A stretch of 64,000 bases of DNA, from contig NC_068988.1 of the NCBI RefSeq assembly GCF_001194135.2, positions 94,356,814 through 94,420,813 of the forward strand. The letters are read 5' to 3'. The position numbers and the translations under genes were made by a program. The notes beneath the pieces are model-generated. The model was not told where the DNA came from, searched no databases, and was given only the letters and a program-made list of their open reading frames with translations. Positions 13,861 to 27,222 of the stretch are shown in pieces; position 1 is the stretch's first letter; every line of letters starts with the position of its first letter. The stretch comes from Octopus bimaculoides (lineage: Eukaryota).

Positions 13861-15969
13861 AATACAATTAAGATTTTGCTATGTCTGAGTAACATGCATA
13901 CTCAGCAATATTCAGTGAATATCAGATTTGGTGCGTAAGTGCCAGCTACATGATAGTCTTACAGTGTCTGCAGATAATAAGACCCAGTTGAGTGAAGAAA
14001 TCCGTTCTTAGCTATTGAGACATGTACTTTATATTAAAAATGCTGTCTGTAATATTTATGAAGCGTGAATTCCAGGATAAGTGAATAAAATATAAGTGTG
14101 TAACAAAGACGTATAGGTGTCAATCCATTACAGCTGTTTCCAACGACTTCTTTAATGGAAGCATAACATTATTGTAAAGAAACCGTTTTCGTCAGATGAA
14201 TTCATGATCTTCCGACATAAAGGACAGTTCAATTTATTCAATATAGTTAAGAAATTCACGGAGTAAAATATTTAAATTGACCCTGCTACCATTCAGTTGA
14301 CATGTATATGCGTTTTTACAGGTCGAACTAGTAGTTAAAGCTATACAATATTCCGTATAACTGTGTAAATATTTAGTTGAAAAAAAAACCCTTTGGATAA
14401 TAGAACGATGCTCACTAACAACATTTGTCTAAAAATAACAACTCAGAGTGGCCAGTGGCATGTATTTGAACAACATAGGTTTTGATAAACCGTACAGATT
14501 TATCAAATACTAGATGTTCTAGATGTTTCACCTGTATGTATATGTGTGTGCATGTTATTTCATTATTGTCGTTATATGCGTGGTATTGCATTGTATAATT
14601 TAGCCCTGTCGTATGCGGCGGATCGAATTATCACGTGAGCAGTCTTTCATTTGGGGAAAACACTAGTTCTATGGAAGCTTTTCAAGGAGTACTTTTCATG
14701 TGAGCGATTCTATGGGGTTGTTGGCAGGGGTTTATCTTTATGGTAACTGCACATTGCAACGATATCCTCAACACGTCCTAAGATAGAAAACAATTATACC
14801 AACATCGCTGGGTAATTTTACGTCATTCTCTTTGTTATCCATCACTCCGATTGAACCCTAGACCGCTCATTTTGCACCTTACAAACATGCAAACGACTCA
14901 TCTCATTCAACTTCTTGACAAATCTATCACCTCACAGTGCATCTTTACTCTCCAAAATACATTATAAATTCAAACTTCACACTGAATGACAGTATCTGCA
15001 TATATGCTGATTTCCCCGTGCAGTGAATCCCTTCACCGGGATATCAACAAAAATATCTTTCTTTATTCAGGTTCAGAAACTTCTTTCCCACGCCTCTAAC
15101 ATCTGATTTCTCTACTGCTGTCTCAACCTTTTGATCCATGAACAACAGCGCAATATTTAGCATTGAGGACACATAGGCCCTTCATGTCACACACCTCATC
15201 ACCCTTTCTAGCTCCAGCACACACAACTCTACTTATCCCACACTGAAGCTGTAAATACAAGTTTTAACTTCCTACATTAACTAGTTTTAATCTATACACA
15301 CTATCCTCATCAGCACACAGATACTCTCAACACATTTTAATCATTTCCCATCTCCAAAGCTAGCATCTTCCAAATGCACAAACTCACACACACACACACA
15401 CGCACACACACACACAAACACACACAAGCATACACATTCATTTGCAAGGGCGTTTCTGTACAGTTTTCAACTACCAAAATTCACAGACAAATCTATGGTA
15501 AATGCCACCAACACAACATCGTACTCTATTGGATTAAGTCGAAACCACGTGATCGTGAGGTGAACATTTTGACAATTCATCCGTGACTATCGATTGAATT
15601 GAGCCCAAAATCGCCCTCAAATATGAAGGTTAATAACTGAGAGCAAAATGTTGTTGGATGAAATGTACTTTAGAAGAAATTTGGTTGCTTTCAGAGACTC
15701 AACAAAATCTACGAGTTGTGAATATATTCCCGAGGGAACATGTTTGTTTTAATGGAAACGAGTAAATTTCTAAATAATGAGGATAAAAAGAAAATGTGAA
15801 AACCCAGCTGAAGTGTGTCCGATATGCTGGTTCTGGGTGCGATGGGATCCGCGTTGCCTCTAAATTTTTCCAACTACTAAGCGAAATTGAGCAAAAGTAA
15901 TTTAAATTCCACTAAACAGGATTCGTACTTTCTACATTAGAAAAACTTACATTTAAACTAACAGATATA

Positions 15970-16564
15970 CAGGTTGTCGTCGACTTACGACCACAATTGG
16001 TTCCGACTGACTGGTCATAAATCGATTTGGTCATAAGTCGGCCTCTAGGCCTACATAGCTTTGTTTCATATGTTTACATTCTTAAGGTAGATTCTCAAGT
16101 AAAAGTTTCACACAGCTTTCTGCATCATACTACTATACTAGCGTTAGTCAAAACTTTTGTAGTTTCAAGCAGTTGTCTTATAAACGAATGCGTGGTTGCC
16201 TCGATATCTCTGCGACAAGCTATTCATTCAACACTCGGTATAACCGCAGTGGCGATCGATAGCCAAACCTAGGGCAAGTGTTTGTTGGCTGACATCATCC
16301 GTAGATGGGTTTCTAAGAAATTAAGTCCATTAGATTTCAACTGGACTATTTATTATTGCTGCCGGGTGGTGGCGCGACAATCGTCGTAAAGTCGATAGGT
16401 CGTAAGTCGAATAGGTCGTAAGTCGAATAGCTCGTGAGCCGAATAGGTCGTAAGTCAAATAGGTCGTAAGTCGAATATGTTGTGAGTCGAATAGGTCGTA
16501 AGTCGAATAGGTCGTAAGTCGAATAGGTCGTCAGTCGAATGGGTCGTAAGTCGACGAAGACCTG
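15970..16564. mobile_element. Non-autonomous Tigger/pogo-like MITE (595 bp)
   Basis: 23-bp TIRs CAGGTTGTCGTCGACTTACGACC / CAGGTCTTCGTCGACTTACGACC (2 mismatches), TA on both flanks, no transposase ORF. Confidence 0.85.
16398..16557 (+). repeat. Ten tandem 16-bp units (GGTCGTAAGTCGAATA) inside the MITE
   Basis: Units counted directly; the last unit overlaps the right TIR. Confidence 0.95.
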
Positions 16565-17115
16565 TATATACAAAATGTTCACTATCGTTGACTGTATTAG
16601 TGTAATGAGTTGCATATGAATAACATCTCCATCGCACCATCAGTTACTAACGATGGCAGCATCACTGCCAAACGTACCTTCACTAAACATAAAGTAACGG
16701 TTGTCAGACATTATCAGCTTCATCTGCTTACATCCACCACAAATATGCTAGTGTGGCCAACCAACTAAACTGTCATCTGTTTCCTTGTGAAATATTCATT
16801 TCATCGTCGTCGCTGTTGTCATGATTATCGTTTGTTATCGTGATGGCGATGGAAGGGATGGCGGCGGTGGTGATGGCGGTGGCGATGCGATACTGCTGGT
16901 GACTGTGATGATGCTGGTGGTGATGATGCTGGTGGTGGTCTTGACGATGATTGATGCCAGGATGGGTTATTCCCAGCAATGTCGTTTGGAAGAAAAAAAA
17001 AAATGTTCATGTTATTTTTGATGTTGTTGTTATTTTCTTATTGCTTTTAATTGTTGTTGGCATTGTTTGGAGTTGTTGCTGCAGTTGTTATTGTTGTGAC
17101 TGAAGCCGTTGTAGT

Positions 17116-17151
<36 letters not shown>

Positions 17152-17404
17152 AGACGCTGCACACTTCTATTAAAGTTTAAACAAAAGATAAACCTGATTC
17201 ACACTGATAAACAGTTGTTAGGCAGTGAACACATTAAAGCTGAATGAAAGACAAAACACAAAAAAGAATTGAAGAAAATACACATAAAACTATAAAGAGA
17301 AGCAAAAAATAAAATAAACATTCAAAAGAAACAACAGAAAAAAAAATCAACAATAACAACAACAACACCAAATGCTGATGCAAAGATAGCACGAACGCTT
17401 TCTT

Positions 17405-17448
<44 letters not shown>

Positions 17449-18371
17449 TTTCTTTCTCTCTCACTCTCTCTCCCTCTCTCTCTCTCTCTCTCTTTCTCGC
17501 ACACATACATGCACACACTAAAAGTAAACCAGAAAGGAATGGGGAGATCACATGTATATCTTTTTTTTTCTTCTCTTTGCCCTGACAAACAAACCCCACC
17601 AGCGCGCGATTCATGGCAGATCAATTTATAACCCTGTTACAGCCACTTGTAAGATGCCCTCTCTTTGTAACGGCGTTATTTTCATTTGTGAGCCCTTCAA
17701 TTGGCGAGTTAATTACTTTGGTTTATCGGTTATCACACAGTCTTTTCATCTTTAGAGCGAGTGTAATAGGCGACTCTCTGATTTCAATGTACGCCAAAAG
17801 CATGATAGCTCTAAGCTATGACACTACAACTTTTCTCATTTCTATGACAGGGTTTTAATCATCTAGACTGTTGGATAAAGTGGGATGTAAACCAGATCAC
17901 ACGTGTTCTCTGCTTTGGGGCGACAGCACGCTGCACTTACAAGCTCATTCGACATCAAAGATTGTTGCTTTCTCTTACTGATTATATCTTATCCTATTTA
18001 ATCATTGCAGTTAGTAAACAAAATTATCGACAGACATTCGGATCAACTTGGTTGGGTTTATATGTCAATCAAAGGATATTGCGACAAATCAAACGCTAGG
18101 ATTAGAATAAGAGACAAATTTATCTCAACGCTAATGTTACTAGTAAGATGGCGAAATTATAAAACCTATTAATCGAAGAATCTGGAACTGCATATACATA
18201 TATGCATGCTTGCATGCATGCGTTCGTGTGTGTACGTGTGTGTGTGTGTGTGTGCTTGTATGTCACTGATGATATTCATTTCGTACATACTGCAGTAATT
18301 CAACGCTTAATTAAACCATTTCATTTAGAAGAATCGCTCTCTTCTCTATCTTCTTCCTAGCGTGTACATGA

Positions 18372-18413
<42 letters not shown>

Positions 18414-18879
18414 ATGGTATGTATGTCCATATAAAGATGAAGGATAATAGCTATATGATACACAGTCACTTGACTGCTACGTTGTATTGTAACACTCCCT
18501 CTCGTTATTGCGCTTTGCTGTTATGATATTCATAATGTGCGCAACAATCATCAGGGAACATATTACACGATGATATAACTCTCTAGATGCCATAATGTTC
18601 TGAGTACACAATATGTTTATCCCTTATCACAGAAGAACTAATAAATATCTTTACATTGATGGGTTTTTCGTAGGATAAGGTACAGTCGATTGAAGTGACC
18701 CCGGTATGATATTGGCAATTATTTTCTAGATCCCCGCAGAAATGAAAATCAAAGTCGACGAACTCAAACGGGTAAAAGTCATCGAGAGAAGTGGAGAAGT
18801 AATATCGTGTAATCGAAATTACAAGTCATTTTATGATATCTTGTAGAGTATTTCATGTTGCTAAGTCAAATAGGACCAG

Positions 18880-19085
18880 GACTGGCATCTTTTAACGGTT
18901 GTTGCTCTCTACGTTCTGAGTTCAAATCCTGCCGTGGTCGACTTTGCTTTCCATTCTGTCGTAATCGAAAAAATAAGTATCTTCCGAGTAATAGGGGTCG
19001 ACGTAATCGATTAGCCCTCTCCCCTAAAAATTTGAGGCCTTGTGCCTATAGTAGAAAGTAGTAGTAGTAGTAGTAGTAGTAGCAG
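18880..19085 (+). mobile_element. Degenerate family-A SINE with (AGT)n tail
   Basis: tacgttctgagttcaaatcctgccgtggtcgactttgc...gaggccttgtgcctatagtagaaag(tag)n. Confidence 0.8.
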
Positions 19086-19099
19086 ATCTTATTCACATA

Positions 19100-20960
19100 G
19101 TTTAAAGACGCCGCTTTAGCTTCTGTCTTCAAAACAAAGCATTACTCAAGTATTGCCAAATTAATCTTCTTCGGAATAGTTGTTAAAGGAATCGTAATTG
19201 CCCTCGGAAAACCTGCATTTGATACCCGGAGATAGTAAAAAGCAAAGGATGATTGCTTCACAAACTTTAAAATTTATTTTTAAACAGTTTTTCACATCGA
19301 CAAAACACTACAATGAGTAAAAATAAAAAAAAAACAGTGACACTCACTCAAAACATACAACTAAGTGTACAAGAGAAAGGCATGAACGGTAGAAAGAACA
19401 ATAAATAGATGTAAATGTTTTAAATACTTAAATGATTTGGAACATAGTGACTGTAACAACACGAACAATTGATGTAGCGATTCTTATGCGATTCCAAGAT
19501 CGTTTCTTTGAAAGCAGACTTACTTTGAATACAGAATGAACAGATTGCAGTTGTAGATTTATTTCAGTTACAAGAACAAATGTTGGCAGAACTTTGTGAA
19601 ACTAAACAGTATTTCTTAACCACAGATCATCCAACAGAGGGCCAAGAAAAAAAAAACATATACTTCTCCTTACAAAAAGACGGAAGCAGATTAAATTTCA
19701 CCTCTCATCAACTAATACAATATTATCTCCTGGACGCACTGGGAGAAGTTATTTTAATTGAAAATGGCAAAAGCTATGACTCTATCTGTTGTACCTTTAA
19801 AACCGATGAAGAACCTAATACACAGGATGAAACTGTCAGAACTGCTTCTGTACATTAGGAAATGTCTCTAGGCGCAGTATCATATATAGATGAGCCAATA
19901 ATTTGTGCCCACTGATAGCGTTGAGACTGAAATACTGCTTTCCAGTAACTTTGTTGAAACATGGTTCAGAGTGACAAAAATTATCTAAGAGGACTGACCT
20001 TAGCTCTAATAATGCAGCTTCGTACTTCGCATTCAATAATCAATTGGTCGAGGAGCAGTATCGACAGAAGCGCATCGCTGTAGTGCCTTTCCTATGCACT
20101 TGTTGAAAGTTTCTAACTACGTTTCCCTCAAGTCTACTTTTCTATCGCTACCACCTAACTAAACGTAATTGATTCTACTCTATTCGCCTATTTCAGCGCA
20201 AACCACCATTTGTTGTAGATGAATGCCTACATGAACACCTACTTAAAACAATTTTCTAATCCGGTTTCTGTAAGTGTGATGCGCTGCGAATTGCGTATAA
20301 ATGCGTCCTTGCCTGTAAAAACCTATTTTGGTCGACCGTACAAATCGTAAACGTGTTATCCATGCAGCCGAATATCTTAACAATTTGACAATCTTGCCTA
20401 TTCTTCTCTACCGGCTTACAGAATATTGTATCTAGGTGTGACTTGGATGACTCGGTGAAGTTTGTCCATTGTCCACATTGGTATATTCTAGAATTCCAGT
20501 CCGAAACTGATAGACATTTGGAAGGAACTGAGCAGGTTCCCACGACTTTCGAGCTACCCTCTTTTTCAGCTACCCCCTGAACAGTCCACGTGAGCATCGA
20601 TGATGACGTCTAGTCGCCCAATTCCATTGAGAGAAATCTCCAGGTGCCGGAACGAATCCGGTTGTCCTACTCATGTTAGTGAGTGAACAGCTACCAGTCT
20701 GAATTCACCCACATTGTTACAGTTAACAAGCAAGACCACCAACTTATTTTCTGGTTGCACCTCCCATTACCAGTCGATGTTGTCATAAATATTTCCAAGT
20801 ATCAAGGATTGTGGATCGGAAACTCTGGTCTCGCTAACAGCCAATATACCACACGCACTCGGACGCTCTGTTCTGATCACAGCCATGTTTTACAAGACGG
20901 AGTGACAAAAAAGATCACTTTATTCCTATGGAGGAACAGATGTTTCGTCCCTTATGCAAG
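19100..20960 (-). mobile_element. Decayed Tx1/L1-clade ORF2 (APE endonuclease plus linker)
   Basis: Minus-strand APE motifs in the correct order: ILAVSETR (20824-20847), GD*..VIIDAHVDC (~20590-20625), QWTNF..SKSHLDTIF (20421-20447); linker LLNAKYEA near 20030; lower boundary approximate. Confidence 0.75.
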
Positions 20961-21789
20961 CTGTGGATAATTCCACGAGCAGTTCTTTAGATAATCTTTT
21001 GCTTATATTTCTTCGAAAGCCTCCCACTCCTTGTGGGGTATTTTTTAAAGTGTTGTATAATTGTTTTGGAGATTTGGGTAACTTTTATATGTGGTGGAAT
21101 GCCATTAGGTAAGGTGAAATAGTTATTCTAGTATTATGGTGTTTGTGGTTCATTAGTTTTGTATTGTTTGTTTTTGTTCATGTAGGGGTCTCTGCTCTGA
21201 CACTTGGTATGTATGTTCATTTCATTATGCTTGTGCTTATGATGTCGTGAAAGCGGTTTTGGTGGTGACTGGGATGTGGGCATTGATAGTGCTAGCGTAG
21301 TTGCTGTTGGGGGTGGTGTTGGCGCCATTTAACTCGCAGGCACCTCCCACATTTCTTTGTCTCCTCCCCTTTTTTCATTGGAGTATTTTCGTTTGTTTTT
21401 CTCTTTCTCTTTGCAGTTTTTGCTGTTTGCCGTTTATTGTGCTCACCGTTGCCATCTCTACATCACATGTCTCTGAGCTTTGAGTCTGGAAGGGGCGTAT
21501 CTTAGGGAGGTTTATTGTATTGTTTTCTTTTTTTATTTGTTGTTGTTCGGGGATTTTCTGTTGCTGCAATAGTTGCTACCGTTTCTGATGTTGTGACCCT
21601 GGATGACGCTGTATTTTTGTCGTTTTAGTTGCTGTTGTTTTTCCTGTTGTTGTTATTGTTGTTGATGATATTGCTGCAGATGCTGCAGATTCTGCAGTCA
21701 TCTTGCTGCAGTTACTGTTACTGCTCCTTTCAGGGTTGATAATTTTCCTCTTTTTTTCGTGGATGTTGTTGTGGCCCTTGTCATATATT

Positions 21790-22003
21790 CTTTTCTACTC
21801 TAGGCAGAAGACCCGCAATTTTGGGGGAGGGGGCCAGTCGATTATATTGACCCCAGTTCGCAACTGGTAATTAACTTATCGACCCCGAAAGGATGAAGAT
21901 AAAGTCAACCTCGGCGTAATTCGAACTCAGAACGTAAAGACAGACGAAATAGTGCCAGGCATTTACGCCCGGCGTGCTAACGTTTCTGCCAGCTCGCCGC
22001 CTT
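21790..22003 (-). mobile_element. Family-A SINE, first of a tandem pair
   Basis: Full head (plus strand ctgccagctcgccgcctt) and central domain. Confidence 0.9.
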
Positions 22004-22016
22004 ATGTACGTCAATG

Positions 22017-22236
22017 ATAATCCTTTCTGCTGGAAGCACAAGGCCTCAAGTTTGGAGCAAGGGACTAAGTCGATTACATCGACTCCTCAGCGTAACTGGT
22101 GCTTAATTTATCGAATCCGAAAGGATGAAGTGCAAAATCGACCTCGGCGGAATTCGAACTCAGCACGTAAAGACAGACGAAATACCGCCAAGCATTTACG
22201 CCCGGTGTGCTAACCTTTCTGCCAGCTCACTGCCTT
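22017..22236 (-). mobile_element. Family-A SINE, second of a tandem pair
   Basis: Full head and central domain; aggatta tail. Confidence 0.9.
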
Positions 22237-24257
22237 GCCCTTACCATATACTATATACGTTTATGCATTTGAAACTTTATAAATTCCATGAGCCTGCTAG
22301 CGTATATTGTTAATAAATTCTTTATCCATTATTCTCGATCTCGTTTACAGATTTCCTTTCCTACTCATTATACTTCATTACGCCGTTGTCATTTTTATTC
22401 CAGATATCTTCTCAGAATGATTCAGTTCTTGTGTTGCATTTTCTTGTCTTTTGTTGTTCAAAGGCCAATAGAAATTTCAAAATACTTTGTGCACATGGAA
22501 GAAACCTTTGCATTTATCATTTCCAAGTATTTTTTCTTCATATTTTGCTTTTGGTGTTTGTTTTATTTCTTTATTGTAATACTAACCATTTTCTCGTCTA
22601 CTTCGTTGTTTAACGATAAATGTTTTCCCCTTTTAACGATTTTTTATTCTGTATTTTCTTTCTTCTGTTGGTTCGGTACAGGGACCAACTTAATTACGGT
22701 TGCACTGGTTTCTTTCGATACCGCAATGGCTTGTGAGTAAATTAGTTTATTTCAGCATATTGATGTTTGAGCTTTGCTTCTGTGAAAAGAATTCATTGGA
22801 AAGCCTGCTCCCACTTGACAATTGTTCCCGGAGGACTTTTTGTTAATTCATAGCTTGAGGAGTTGTTTCCCTTGATTCGTTTCCATTGATTTTGTCAACG
22901 CCGTTGCATCAAAATTCTGAAATATTTTCCTTAGATTCTTATAATTCTTCACTATTTCTTGTACTGCGATGTTTGTTACGATACTGTTTATTATGTTTGT
23001 ATATGTCACGTGTGTAACTTTTTTTGTTACTTGAGCATAAGAATAGTTGTTTTTAAGGATTTTATATGGTAACTATCCCTCTTTAGGATTTTCATTATAT
23101 TCTTTTTGTTTTTATCTTTTCTTTTTTTTTTTGTCATGGGAATTTCTCTTTTCATATGTCATATGATCGATCGGGTACCGGACAAGGATACTGAATTATT
23201 TTTCTGTTTTTTTTTTACTTAATTTTTAAGAGCGGTCGGGTTCATTTTTAGTATTTTCGTTTGTGAGTTTATTTCAGATATTCTTATTGTAAAAATAATC
23301 TCCGGCTAATCGTTGAGAGGACGTTGGTGTTGCCTTGGCGGAGGTTTGTGCTCTCTGAGTGCCCTTCCTCAAAATGTATTCAGAAAGAATTTTTCTATTC
23401 CTCACGCCATCAGTACATTTGTTGATCATTATAGGTCTTAAAACACCCAATAATATATTCGAGTTTAATTATTGTCTAAAATATCCGTTTTATCGTTTCC
23501 ATATTTCATAATTTTGTTTTATGGCGACGGTGTGTGTCAGAGACTACGCCCTGCAGTTAGTATGTATTACGCCACACTGTTGCCCTTTTTAGCGTTCCTT
23601 TCTGCTAGCTTTCGTTTATTTCTTTGACCCTCACAAGGAAAAAGCTGCTCTTTTAAATTCGGGGTTTATATTTTGCAATGATGCTACTTCGATATTTTTT
23701 TATTCCTGTTTGTATTGAAAGCATCACTTTTCTTTATCTTTTTGTTTCTTTGTATGTCATATCCTTGTTTGTCGTGATAACATGATTTATTGTAAAGAGG
23801 GTTTTCGTTCATAATCACATTCCATTAATCGTCATATATTACTGGTACTTACTGTGGAGTTTGCCTGGTATCATTATGCCTTTGTTTTGACATTTTTTTT
23901 TATTTCTTGCCTTTTAACTATTATATTCCGCCATCTATATTTTTAGTCAGTCGCGATTTCTCTTCTCTGCCCGAAATTATTATTATTCTGATTAATATCG
24001 GACGTTGGCCGAATCAGCAGATCACCGGACAAAATGCAGTAAGGTGTGTTTATGTCCCGAGTTCAAATATCGACACGTCGACTTCACTTTTTCTCCATCA
24101 TGAATCGATAATGTGATAAATTCCTGGTAGTTATTTCGGCAAAAGGAATCGAGTACCCCCGCACTCCCCCCCCTCTACCAATTGTGACAAATCATTATTG
24201 CTGCTACTGCAATTGCTGTTGCTGCAGTTTTTGTTGCTGCTGATGCTATTGCTTGCA

Positions 24258-24310
24258 GGGCCGGATTAACACCCATAGAGACCTTAAGCACTTAAAAGGT
24301 TTTGGTGCCC
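24258..24310 (+). mobile_element. Orphan DNA-transposon terminus (CAGGGCCGGATTAAC)
   Basis: Resembles a common hAT-type MITE TIR; no partner TIR found. Confidence 0.3.
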
Positions 24311-25961
24311 TGAAGTATACGTAAATGGTTCAAAATGTAAACAACAATAATAAACTATAAAACAAATTGTTAGTTTTCAAAATAAAACATAATTCACAGT
24401 AAGATGGAAAATAATGTTTATTTTTGTATGCCTCCACTTTATTTATATTTGAAACGTTTTCTCCTCCGTCAATTGTATATATACACACACATATACATAT
24501 ATGCATACATGTATGTATATACGAATGTATGTACTTATGTATTTATGAGCATATAGATTTATATGTGTGTGTATACGTGTGTGCAAGGCTATACGTGCTA
24601 GTTTGTACTTACCAAATTTAAGGAGGTAGAGTGTGGTTTGAGGCAAATTTATATCCAAAATATCTAACAAACTGAGCATTCATGCTGTGGCCATCTTTCA
24701 TTGGCCCGAATGGAATCTCCTTGTTATTGTGCACTTTCAGATAAATTATGATTACACAAATATTCTATTATGCTAAGTGTACTATTTATTGTAGCAATTC
24801 CTTCGAATGTATATCAGGATTTATATTCTTCAATATAACCATCATGAGAAGCGACTGGGCTGTGATTTGAAAGAGACTTTGACTGCTATACCCAGCAGGA
24901 TGAGTGAACATGCGTCAAATTCCCGCTGAAGAAAATTGTCTTTCATCAATTCGTTCTCTTTTCCTCCCTTCGTAAGTCCCCGTCTATTACACACTTTCCA
25001 TTACATACATTCAGAGAAGGTGGCAGAACTAACAGGATAGATAGCTCGTTATTCATCGAAGTGTTTGCTTTTAGAAGTGGTGTAAATGTTGATTTACTGA
25101 GATGTTTAGGTGATAGAATAAATGAAGTACCACCAATTCCTGTAGTCGATTTATTCTAGGGAACTCCCCCCCCACCCATCATGTCTAGCCACGTGGCTGC
25201 GTTAGAAACCATTATGATCGATATTACTTTTGGTTTGTTAATATTTTTTAAAGGAAATATTCTACATGCTGAGGCAATATTAAATCCATGTTAGCTCCAC
25301 CGATTCACTGGTGACAGACTTCTCTTAATGTATTTTTCCCAGAAACCCAAAACATTCATATAGTGTTCTACCTCTTCCTTCACAACTGTAAACTATTCCA
25401 CTGATTTGAAAAGTATCAAGAGAATAATGAGAAAAATCGATAACTTCATGCCATTGCATAAACAGTCAGCGATTTCTTAAAGTGCTTTAAACTACACTGA
25501 AACATAATATTCTAAGAAATATGTTATTTTAAGTCTCGCTGCAAATATTGAGTTATTTAACAAGACAATAAGACAAAGTATATATTAGTAATTTATGTTG
25601 TGATATTCTTTAACTCTAGTTGAATATACCTATCACGAAAGATGTTCTAGACAAAAGGGGATGACTTGAAGTAGATGTGGCTGCTCTTTCCAGCAAGAAG
25701 GCCGGTCGCTCATACTTTCCAACTAGAGAAAATGGTAAGTACATACGCATATACAGTTCCCAATATCTTGAACGGCATGAAAGAAAGAAATGTACACCCA
25801 AGTAAGAATCGAAACTGCTTCGTGTGACTTAATTCTGCTGACGAAATAAGTTTCCTCAACACTACACAGATTGTAATTGAATATTCTTTTAGGTTGTATT
25901 CAAATGACTTAGTCTCCTACATCCTTAAATAATAATAAAAACAATTTTGTTCTTTAGAAAA

Positions 25962-26102
25962 GCAGCGAGCTGGCAGTATCGTTAGCACGCCGGGCGAAAT
26001 GCTTTGCGCTATTTCGTCTGTCTTTACGTTCTGAGTTCAAATTCCGCCGAGGTCGACTTTGCCTTTCATCCTCTCGGGGGCGATAAATTAAGTACCAGTT
26101 AC
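25962..26102 (+). mobile_element. 5' half of a family-A SINE
   Basis: gcagcgagctggcag...gtcgactttgcctttcatcc...gataaattaagtaccagtta, then ends abruptly. Confidence 0.9.
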
Positions 26103-26607
26103 ACACATTGTTCTGTCTTGGTATGAAAGATGTGCTACAGCAAATATTCTGGTCAATACGACAGACTTGCGTGTCAATTGTTTGGACTTAACTAATTGAA
26201 CGTGTTCCTTAGTGGCCGACGATATGTGCATCTCTGATCAGGAGCAGGAGTAGTGGTGGAGCATCATAGCCATGTGTTGAGGGGTATTCTTTGGATTTTG
26301 GATAATTCGCCTCTGGAAATATAGGTGTTTCGCTGAACTTCTTTAAACAACCCTTATTTGGGGATCTTTTGAGCAGGATGGGCAACTCGACCTAAAGAAA
26401 ATTCTATCGGACCCCACCTGCAGGATCATGCGTTGTTTATGTTGATATGAGATCACTATATCGCACACATATGGTTGTGATGCATGTGCCTGGTGCACCC
26501 TTATCAGACGAGTAGTCATGATGGGTATACTGGGCTTCGTATAGTTTACACCAGCGTCACTGTAATGGCATGAGCTGCTCTCTCACTCAATAATAATGAT
26601 GATGATG

Positions 26608-26666
<59 letters not shown>

Positions 26667-26690
26667 GAGGAGGAGGAGAAGGAGGCGGAG
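26103..26690 (+). mobile_element. About 490-bp (AAT)n-tailed retroposon body (LINE 3'UTR or SINE body)
   Basis: Homologous to 6520-6830; ends ctctctcactc(aat)n. Confidence 0.8.
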
Positions 26691-27115
26691 ATAGCCAAAT
26701 TTGTGAGTCACAAATATAATTGAATGTTGGTAACTAGGTGATAGGAAGACAATACGATTTTAGAAGTGCAATATTTTACAAATGTTTCAATCTTATGAAA
26801 CCTCTTCAAGTCATATACACTCGTGCTTTAAAAGAGAAGCACACATTTCTTCCTGTAATTATTGATACACTTAGCCTTAAAAAATTGTTGTTTAAAATAC
26901 TTTCGATAATGCTAAGTGTCTTTGCCTGGATTTTCCACAGCGTTACGTTCGTGGCCCATAAGGCTCGTCTGGTTCATATACTTTGCAACACATCTCTCAT
27001 TCTCTTTACATTCTTTAGAAACTCCTTTGGAACATAAAATAATGCATTTTAAATTGTTAATTCTCACTGTCATTCTGCATGCAAATACATTCGATAATCG
27101 TAATATTGCTCCGCA

Positions 27116-27117
<2 letters not shown>

Positions 27118-27178
<61 letters not shown>

Positions 27179-27222
27179 ATGGTGATTGTGGTGGTGGTGG
27201 TGGTGGTGGTGGTGGTGGTGGT
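27118..27222. repeat. (TAG)n/(TGG)n compound microsatellite
   Basis: Direct inspection. Confidence 0.95.

Larger units (their letters stand above)
20960..23900 (-). other. Purine-rich (minus strand) decayed coding-like tract, possibly ORF1 of the adjacent Tx1/L1 element
   Basis: Position upstream of the APE domain on the same strand and strong strand skew; no diagnostic motif recognised. Confidence 0.3.

Noticed and set aside
16398-16557. CRISPR-like array
   Set aside because: Contiguous 16-bp units with no spacers, inside a MITE in eukaryotic DNA; no cas genes
16665-16735. Minus-strand CAGAUGAAGCUG..CCGUUA HHR-like trace
   Set aside because: Core and stem II too degenerate to support
25620-25740. 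Plus-strand exon ending ATG|GTAAGT
   Set aside because: The 115-nt version has stops in all frames. The 41-nt alternative is too short to support without transcripts.
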